64,000 nucleotides of DNA. It comes from Verrucomicrobiota bacterium (lineage in GTDB: Bacteria > Verrucomicrobiota > Verrucomicrobiia > Opitutales > Seribacteraceae). This document shows positions 57,444-64,000 of the stretch, piece by piece (the stretch's first letter is position 1; each line of letters begins with the position of its first letter). A program made the position numbers and the translations under genes. The notes beneath the pieces are model-generated. The model made no database searches and had not been told where the DNA came from. It saw nothing but the letters and a program-made list of their open reading frames with translations. The stretch is taken from positions 416,001 to 480,000 of the forward strand of contig JAQBYT010000001.1 of assembly GCA_027622665.1 (NCBI GenBank), in the 5' to 3' direction.

Positions 57444-57893
57444 ATGCCATCTGAATTTACCATGACTCGTTCCGTAGAGTTCGCCGAGACCGATCTCGCC
57501 GGCATCATGCACTTCACCAATTTCTATCGTTGGATGGAAGTCTGCGAGCACGAGTTCCTGCGTTCCCTCGGTCTTTCCGTAGACCTTACCACCGGCGACC
57601 AACGCATAGGTTGGCCACGTGTAAAGACATCCTGTCGCTTCAAGCGCCCACTTCGCTTCGAGGATGCAGTCGATGTGCGCCTAATCGTCACCGAGATCCG
57701 AGATCGCTCCATAGCCTACGCCTTTCAGTTCTGGAAAACCGAAGACGGCAAACGCGTAAAAGCCGCCGTCGGCGAGACCGTCGCCGCCTGCGTAAGCTTC
57801 GATCCCGAGACTCATACAATGACTCCCGTTCCCATCCCGGAAGTCTTTCGATCCAAGATGGAGGAAGCGTCTACAGTCGATGGGCAAAACTAG
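57444..57893 (+). CDS. Hotdog-fold acyl-CoA thioesterase (4-hydroxybenzoyl-CoA thioesterase family)
   Basis: VEFAETDLAGIMHFTNFYRWME, CRFKRPLRFED. Confidence 0.9.
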   Translation: MPSEFTMTRSVEFAETDLAGIMHFTNFYRWMEVCEHEFLRSLGLSVDLTTGDQRIGWPRVKTSCRFKRPLRFEDAVDVRLIVTEIRDRSIAYAFQFWKTEDGKRVKAAVGETVAACVSFDPETHTMTPVPIPEVFRSKMEEASTVDGQN

Positions 57894-58078
57894 CTAAGAA
57901 GATTGCGGCTTTCTTGCCCGCATCCCAATTTGGGTCGCCTTTTACCGTTACCCCAATTGCAGCGGAGGGATTCGACGGATGCTTAAGGGTATCTAACCAC
58001 CCCTGTGGCGAAAACATTTGCCACACAAAGGTGAGTTGATTATTCCTATGCCTTCTCTCTCCTAAACCCTTTCCCTTC

Positions 58079-60472
58079 ATGTGCAGAAACTCCCTACTCG
58101 CTTTGACCTTACTCCTCGTCTTTTCGCAGACACTTGTGCTTGGGCAGGCTCCCATTTCGCTCTCAGGTTATACGATGAACAGCAAAGATACCAACTGGTC
58201 CATCTACAACGAAGACTTGGTCTTGTCTTCTGATGGAACTTTTTCAGCTATCGTAACCAATAACACTGGAACTTTTACGGCTTCCGGAACTTATGTTTAC
58301 GCAAAAAAATCGGACCGAACGGGTACTTTGTCCCTTTCTTCTTCACCTGAAGGCCCATCCTTCAACTTTACTCTTACCTATACGGATTCCGCCTCAGGTA
58401 CGTATGTCAAGATTGCCGATTACGGTGGAGGGACCACCGACACAACCTCAGGTCCATTCACTCTCACTTCACCACTCCCTTGGGAGGACTATGATGACTT
58501 TAGTGGCGGGTCGCTGAGCACGGACAAGTGGGACCTTTGGTGGGGAGCGGGCGGGCGTTCGCCTGCGGTGGTCAATGGTGCTCTCGAGCTGGCAGGCAGC
58601 GGCAACCTCAATGATCCTGCAAGCTCAAGCGTCCCCGAAGGCTTGGATTATATTCCTACTGAGAATTTGCCAAGCAAGCATTCAGTGGCGCTCATTGAAG
58701 ACGAAAAGGTTTACGGCCTGGAAGCCGAATTCATGATTCCAAATGGCGCTGCCGATGATACGGGATTAAATTTCATTTGCTTTGATTTTGCTTCTGATGG
58801 TTCGAAGAAGGAATTTGGCCCTGAATTGGAGTATCGTGTAGATGAAGGGCTGGCATTGGAGTTTGCCTACGACGATCCGGTTACGGGTGAGTCCAAGCAA
58901 ATCTCCCGAGCTGCGGACTTCGACACCTACTACAAGATGTCCCTTATTCATACCGACAGTACGAATGCTATGTTTTTGAACGGGGAAAAGATCGTCGAGT
59001 ATTCATCCGCTGGGTTTGATGCGGACGTATTTGGATTTGCCGCATTCAATGACGACGGCCACCCGTATTCAACCTACGTCAAAAACGTGCGGGTTCTGCG
59101 GAGCGGGCAAACGGCTCCATCTTTGAACATCACCCCCTTGTCTCTCCGAGCCTTTCGCGACCAAGTTTATTTGCAGGGGCAAAATGGAGTATCAGTGATT
59201 GCCGGTGCAGGGGAGATCAATTTTGATTTGGAATTGGCGAATAAACCAACGGTTTCAGCCGCGACTTTGAACGTCGACGGCTCGACTTACAACTTGGCAA
59301 ACCTTGAAGGCCCCTCCAATTTTCGGACGACTTTTGGGTATAGCTCGCATGACAATGAACTTTTTGACGTCGAGAGTTCAAGCGCATCGGATTGGAGTTC
59401 GTACCTTAACGGAAAGACCTTTTCGTTTTCCTTAACCGTGGACGGGCATGACTATTCGTATTCTCATTATTTACCCGCCCAGTCTGCCTTGCCCCCGATA
59501 CCAAACTTGTCGCTTTCCGGAACTTACCAGTGGAAAGCATTAGCGTCGGGGGGAGAATACGTTGAGATTGCCGAAGGTAGCGGTCTGACCATCGATTGGG
59601 GCTCCTTCTCCTCTGCAGGCGCAAATGATTTTATTACGGTGTCGGCCGAAGAATTGATTGGTGACGATGAAACGGAAGTCTTGGCGAATACTTACCTTTC
59701 ATCCACGACAACGAGTTATGAGTTGCCGACCAGTTTGTTCAAAGCTGGAAAAAATTACTCCTTCTACGTTGAGTTTCACAAGGTCACTCAGTCGGAAAAC
59801 CCAACCGGCTTTACCCACAAGACTGGAACCGATACGAGCCAACCCCTTCTCCAAACGTCAGCCCTATCCGTAACTGCCTTGGATATAAGGCCTGTCTTGC
59901 TTCAAGCGGAGACCGTTGTCTCCACGCCCGACGGGAAGCCCGTTGTGGTGCGGGTCGGGGACGCCTACAAGTGGAACGACAGCTTGGACGGAGTGACGGT
60001 GTGGGGAGTGTGGAAAGATGAAGACGATGGTTGGACTGCTGCAACAATTCAATACGTGGACGGAAAGCAGAAAGGAAATATCGGATTATACGATCAACTT
60101 ACGACGAATCTAATAGTCGATCATCCTTATGTGATAGATGAGAGTGGAATGATAAAGGTAACGGAAGATACCGCGTACCAATATTACCAAGTTACAGGGG
60201 TTGAAAATGGAGTGATACAGACTGCGGATGATAGTGTTTTCCCTCTATCTGACACTAGTTGGTTCTTCACCACCAAAGCAGCAGCCGAGGAATATTACTA
60301 TTCAAAGGCAGGATATCCCAACCCGAAGGGCTGGCTCTGGTTCGACCAGTACCCGTGGGTGTATTCGCAAGAGGAAGGCAACTGGCTCTACTTCAAGCCC
60401 TCGGGCGACAAGATCCACTACTACAGCGTCCGCGACAAGGCTTGGCGAGAATTCACTCCGAAGCAGCCCTAA
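58079..60472 (+). CDS. Secreted multi-module hypothetical protein with Trp-rich C-terminal domain
   Basis: Signal peptide, Ser/Thr-rich beta modules, C-terminal GWLWFDQYPWVYSQEEGNWLYF. Confidence 0.8.
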   Translation: MCRNSLLALTLLLVFSQTLVLGQAPISLSGYTMNSKDTNWSIYNEDLVLSSDGTFSAIVTNNTGTFTASGTYVYAKKSDRTGTLSLSSSPEGPSFNFTLTYTDSASGTYVKIADYGGGTTDTTSGPFTLTSPLPWEDYDDFSGGSLSTDKWDLWWGAGGRSPAVVNGALELAGSGNLNDPASSSVPEGLDYIPTENLPSKHSVALIEDEKVYGLEAEFMIPNGAADDTGLNFICFDFASDGSKKEFGPELEYRVDEGLALEFAYDDPVTGESKQISRAADFDTYYKMSLIHTDSTNAMFLNGEKIVEYSSAGFDADVFGFAAFNDDGHPYSTYVKNVRVLRSGQTAPSLNITPLSLRAFRDQVYLQGQNGVSVIAGAGEINFDLELANKPTVSAATLNVDGSTYNLANLEGPSNFRTTFGYSSHDNELFDVESSSASDWSSYLNGKTFSFSLTVDGHDYSYSHYLPAQSALPPIPNLSLSGTYQWKALASGGEYVEIAEGSGLTIDWGSFSSAGANDFITVSAEELIGDDETEVLANTYLSSTTTSYELPTSLFKAGKNYSFYVEFHKVTQSENPTGFTHKTGTDTSQPLLQTSALSVTALDIRPVLLQAETVVSTPDGKPVVVRVGDAYKWNDSLDGVTVWGVWKDEDDGWTAATIQYVDGKQKGNIGLYDQLTTNLIVDHPYVIDESGMIKVTEDTAYQYYQVTGVENGVIQTADDSVFPLSDTSWFFTTKAAAEEYYYSKAGYPNPKGWLWFDQYPWVYSQEEGNWLYFKPSGDKIHYYSVRDKAWREFTPKQP

Positions 60473-60976
60473 GGAAGGGTCGTTTCATTTTGGCTAGCGG
60501 GCAACTTACGCTCCCGGCGGTCGAGGCATCTTCAGGTTGCCCTGCTTGGCTCTGAGTTCTTCCAGTCCACTTACGAAATCGCGAGCCGCTCTTTTTGCGA
60601 ATGCCCTGCGATCTTCGCCCACATTCTTTCGCAACGGTTGCATCGCGATCGGCTGCACCGCGACCGGTCGGTGCCCGGATTGTTTATCTTGCCGATTATT
60701 TTTTGGTTCAGGGTAAAGGTTCAACGTTACTATGGTAATGTCTGCAAAAGAATCGCTGTAAACATAGCCGTATTCATCTGCATGAAAACGAAACCTCCGG
60801 CGACAGGCGATACCCGTTAGTGTCATATGAACCGTGATTCACTTGCCGAATGGGAAGTTTTTTTTGCTCTCAGGCTTAGAACTGTGGTTTCTTTGCGGAG
60901 CTTAATTGAGATTGAACCAAGAGGATATTTTTTGGATTATCCTGGCCTTCCCATAACTATTGGAAAAATAGATTTT

Positions 60977-61396
60977 ATGAATATGGCAAAGCTCAAACCG
61001 CTTTCTTTCGCATTCAAAGCCCTTCCTTTGAAAACCTTGTCTTGCTTGTTTTTATTCGCCGCTTCCAGTTGCTCTCGAAATGAAGAGCCTTCCGCGACTG
61101 ATCGTTCAGATCCTGTCGCCGGTGAAAATACAGGCAGCAGTTTTCTTCCAACCGTTGTCGACGAGACTTCTTCGTCCGGAAAGAAGCCTCTTCTCAAAAC
61201 CAAGTTGGAAGGTCCCGATGGCGACATGGATGGCGACGGCATTCCTAACTCCAAGGACCCGGATCCTCTTGTACCCGATAAGAATTCCACTTCACTCAAG
61301 CCCGCGCCAACCAACAAAACTCTGGAAGGCCCCGACGGGGACATGGATGGAGATGGCATTCCCAATTCCAAGGATCCTAAACCTCTCGAGAAGTAA
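60977..61396 (+). CDS. Putative lipoprotein with two thrombospondin type-3-like Ca-binding repeats
   Basis: ASSC lipobox; LEGPDGDMDGDGIPNSKDP occurs twice. Confidence 0.7.
   Translation: MNMAKLKPLSFAFKALPLKTLSCLFLFAASSCSRNEEPSATDRSDPVAGENTGSSFLPTVVDETSSSGKKPLLKTKLEGPDGDMDGDGIPNSKDPDPLVPDKNSTSLKPAPTNKTLEGPDGDMDGDGIPNSKDPKPLEK
61205..61386 (+). repeat. Intragenic direct repeat (~65 bp, 117-bp offset)
   Basis: 61205-61269 versus 61322-61386 encode near-identical peptides with mostly synonymous differences. Confidence 0.85.
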
Positions 61397-61433
61397 GTTT
61401 GTTAAAAATACTTTTTTGTTGATTGCCCGATTA

Positions 61434-62432
61434 GTGAAGACAGGAAGTTTTGCTGTTTTTCTTTCTCTTTCCTTGGCAGGTTTTTTTCCCGGTGCCGAAT
61501 GCCTGGCCCATGCTTCGGATAGGACGAACAGCATCCTTTTGACCAAGGGTTGCTCGGTACGTTTCGCCACCTTTGTGGAGGCCAAGGCTCGCTTGGCCGA
61601 GCGGGACGTTTACGTAAAAAACCTAAGTGCATTTGAGCGGGCCGCCAAAATCAAGAAGGCCGGCCCGGTTTCCACCGAGCAATACCTTGATTTCATCCAA
61701 AACCAAGTGCTCGCATGGAGTAACGCCGACAAAAAAAAACTACTTCGAGTGATCACCGATGCGAAGCCGAAACTGGCCAAGTTCGCCGTTCACCTGCCCG
61801 AGAGCATCCATCTCATCAAGACCACGGGCGAAGACGAGGGCGGAGCGCCCTACACGCGAGGTGCTTGCATCGTTCTGCCGGAACGTTTCATACGGCAATC
61901 GGTCAAGAGCTTGGAGCGGTTGCTTTACCACGAGCTGTTCCACATTGCTTCGCGCGGCAATCCTCAGTTGCGCGACGAACTGTACGAGATCATCGGTTAT
62001 GAAAAATGCGGACCGGTTTCGTTGCCGGAGGACATGATGCCGAGACGCATAAGCAACCCCGACGCCCCGGTAGTCGAGCATTGCATCCGCGTGTCCCAGG
62101 ATGGCGAGTCGCACTGGTGCGCTCCAGTACTGTTCTCGCGCACACTTAAGTACGATCCCAAGACCGGCGGCACCTTTTTTCGCTATCTTCAGTTCCGACT
62201 CATGGCGATCGACCGCAAAACCTCCAAGGCCATCCTGAAGGACGGAAAGCCCATCTTATGGAACCATCAAACGGTGGAAGGTTTTTTCGAGCAGATCGGT
62301 CGCAACACCGATTACGTGATTCATCCCGAGGAAACGCTAGCCAACAATTTCATACATTTGATGACGGAAAAACAGAACCTCAAAAACCCCGAGATTCCGA
62401 AAAAAATAGAAGCGGTCCTGAAGTCGAATTGA
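61434..62432 (+). CDS. Secreted putative zinc metallopeptidase (HExxH)
   Basis: Signal-like N-terminus from GTG 61434 (start uncertain); PYTRG..I.LP, LYHELFHI, downstream HPEETLANNF. Confidence 0.7.
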   Translation: MKTGSFAVFLSLSLAGFFPGAECLAHASDRTNSILLTKGCSVRFATFVEAKARLAERDVYVKNLSAFERAAKIKKAGPVSTEQYLDFIQNQVLAWSNADKKKLLRVITDAKPKLAKFAVHLPESIHLIKTTGEDEGGAPYTRGACIVLPERFIRQSVKSLERLLYHELFHIASRGNPQLRDELYEIIGYEKCGPVSLPEDMMPRRISNPDAPVVEHCIRVSQDGESHWCAPVLFSRTLKYDPKTGGTFFRYLQFRLMAIDRKTSKAILKDGKPILWNHQTVEGFFEQIGRNTDYVIHPEETLANNFIHLMTEKQNLKNPEIPKKIEAVLKSN

Positions 62433-62473
62433 AAGCAAGGCCCAGCATTGCGTGCCGATGACTGAAATTCAAC

Positions 62474-63487
62474 TTAGGCGAAATATTCGGCGAAAGCGGC
62501 GATTGCGGTTCGTATGGCGTTGGCGTCTACGTCGAGGTGGGTGACGAGTCGCAGGGAACCGGCAATGGGTTTTGTGATCAGGATTTCATTGTTCCTTAGG
62601 CGTTCGGACAAGCCCGCGATCTTGTCTTCCGCTACGGTGGCGAAGACCATATTGGTTTGCACCGAAGAGATCTCAATGCCGTCGATGGCGGCGAGACCAT
62701 CGGCAAGGATGCGGGCGTTGGCGTGGTCTTCGGCCAGACGGTCGACGTGGTGCTGCAGGGCATGTATGCCCGCCGCCGCAAGAATGCCCGATTGGCGCAT
62801 GCCGCCACCTAGCATTTTTCGCCATCGCCTGGCCTCTTTCACGAAATCCGAAGGTCCGGCCAAAACGGAACCTACCGGGCAGCCGAGACCTTTGGAGAGA
62901 CATACGGAAACCGAATCGAAGAGAGCGGCGACTTCGGCGGCGGAGACTCCTTGATCGACGGCGGCATTGAAGATGCGGGCGCCGTCGAGGTGCAGGGCGA
63001 GCCCATGTTCGTCGGCAAAGGTTTTGGCTTCGGCAAGGTACTCCAGCGGCAGCACCTTGCCCCAGGTGGTGTTCTCCATACAGAGAAGGCGAGTGCGGGC
63101 GTAATGGTAGTCGTCGGGCTTGATGAGTTTCTTGAGTTTCCCGAGGTCTAGGGTGCCGTCGGGTTCTTGATCGATGGGTTGGGGTTGTAGACCGGCTAGG
63201 GTGGCCCCGCCGCCTCCCTCGAAGAGATAGGTGTGTGCCTGCTGGCCGACGAGGTATTCGTCCCCGCGTCCGCAGTGGGTCATGAGGGCCGCTAGGTTGC
63301 TCTGAGTGCCGCTCGGGACGAACATAGAGGCTTCCTTGCCTAGCGTTTCCGCAACGAGGGCTTCCAGTCTATCCACGGTGGGGTCGTCGTCGAAGACGTC
63401 GTCGCCCAGTTCGGCTTCCGTCATGGCTTTGAGCATGGCGGGGGTAGGGCGCGTTACGGTATCGCTGCGGAGGTCGATCATTGACAT
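62474..63487 (-). CDS. ltaE: Low-specificity L-threonine aldolase
   Basis: IDLRSDTVT, SGTQSNL, HLDGARIFNA, CLSKGLG.PVGS, GGGMRQ, RLVTHLD. Confidence 0.95.
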   Translation of the reverse strand: MSMIDLRSDTVTRPTPAMLKAMTEAELGDDVFDDDPTVDRLEALVAETLGKEASMFVPSGTQSNLAALMTHCGRGDEYLVGQQAHTYLFEGGGGATLAGLQPQPIDQEPDGTLDLGKLKKLIKPDDYHYARTRLLCMENTTWGKVLPLEYLAEAKTFADEHGLALHLDGARIFNAAVDQGVSAAEVAALFDSVSVCLSKGLGCPVGSVLAGPSDFVKEARRWRKMLGGGMRQSGILAAAGIHALQHHVDRLAEDHANARILADGLAAIDGIEISSVQTNMVFATVAEDKIAGLSERLRNNEILITKPIAGSLRLVTHLDVDANAIRTAIAAFAEYFA

Positions 63488-63638
63488 GTGGCAAACGCTA
63501 GCGAACGAGGCGAAAGGCCGAAAGCATGAAAATGAGAATCTTGCCATTCGGAATTTCCGGTTTCGTATTGGTCGGTGATTCCAAAATTAAGTGAAATTTA
63601 TAATGGTGCGATGGATTGTTCGAGAGTAGATTAAGGGG

Positions 63639-64000
63639 ATGAAAACTTGTTTGGTCTCGATGGTTTTAGCGTTAACTTTTTTAGCGGGAGGATGTTCCGG
63701 AGGAGACTCGTCGACCTCGGATACCGGGTCGGTAAGCGCGGAGGAATTTAAGAAGGAAATTGCCGCCGGGGTGGTGTTGGTGGATTTCTGGGCGCCTTGG
63801 TGCCCGCCCTGTCGCCGTCAAGGCCCGATCGTGGACGACGTCGCCGAGAAGGCGAAAGCCTATGGGAAGGTGATCAAGCTGAACGTCGACGATGAGCCCG
63901 CCGTTGCTTCGGAGTATGGCATCGAGAGTATCCCCACCTTGATCATTTTCAAGGACGGAGAAATCCAAAAGCAATTCCAAGGCCTGACCGATGCAAGTAC
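63639..64000 (+). CDS. Lipoprotein thioredoxin (3'-partial)
   Basis: Absent from the ORF track because it has no stop in the window. Hand translation: MKTCLVSMVLALTFLAGGC..VLVDFWAPWCPPC..KLNVDD..SIPTLIIFKDG. Confidence 0.88.
   Translation, partial: MKTCLVSMVLALTFLAGGCSGGDSSTSDTGSVSAEEFKKEIAAGVVLVDFWAPWCPPCRRQGPIVDDVAEKAKAYGKVIKLNVDDEPAVASEYGIESIPTLIIFKDGEIQKQFQGLTDAS

Noticed and set aside
60506..60826. 106-aa minus-strand ORF and a small palindrome near 60654-60673
   Set aside because: No motif or clear RBS; cannot be distinguished from non-coding DNA.
63681..63980. 99-aa minus-strand ORF
   Set aside because: Shadow of the plus-strand thioredoxin starting at 63639.
1..64000. tRNA, rRNA, transposase, integrase, prophage or defence genes
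   Set aside because: None recognised by eye; a covariance-model and HMM scan is needed to exclude small RNAs.

Overview
Bacterial chromosomal window. Gene content (PVC-type dehydrogenase, PQQ-like propeller paralogues, ECF/anti-sigma pair, Trp-rich C-terminal surface-protein tails) suggests a Verrucomicrobiota/Opitutales-like organism; this is inference. 1-9 kb: a giant Ig-repeat surface protein (5' end outside the window), two GT4 glycosyltransferases and an orphan pseudopilin. 9-28.6 kb: housekeeping genes (hisF, rho, metG, hisC, RNA methyltransferases, trxB, tatD, SulP) plus oleC/oleD-like genes without oleAB. 28.6-32.5 kb: an unusual flagellin locus with a near-consensus sigma-28 promoter, an ~800-nt region holding seven GGA-loop (CsrA-type) hairpins and two decayed flagellin 5' remnants, then two atypical flagellin-like genes, one carrying a C-type lectin domain (EPN/WND). 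34-41 kb: ECF sigma/anti-sigma and exported redox proteins. 41.3-57.9 kb: a 13-gene co-directional cluster divergent from a MarR regulator that looks like an aromatic biosynthetic pathway I cannot assign to a known product (chorismate lyase-like, GriC/GriD-like arylcarboxylate reductase pair, Fe-ADH, flavin halogenase-like, HemN-like radical SAM, GT4, thioesterase, three PQQ-like propellers, symporter). 58-64 kb: secreted hypotheticals, ltaE and a lipoprotein thioredoxin running off the end. No rRNA, tRNA, CRISPR array or transposase was recognised. All family calls come from reading motifs, not from database searches.
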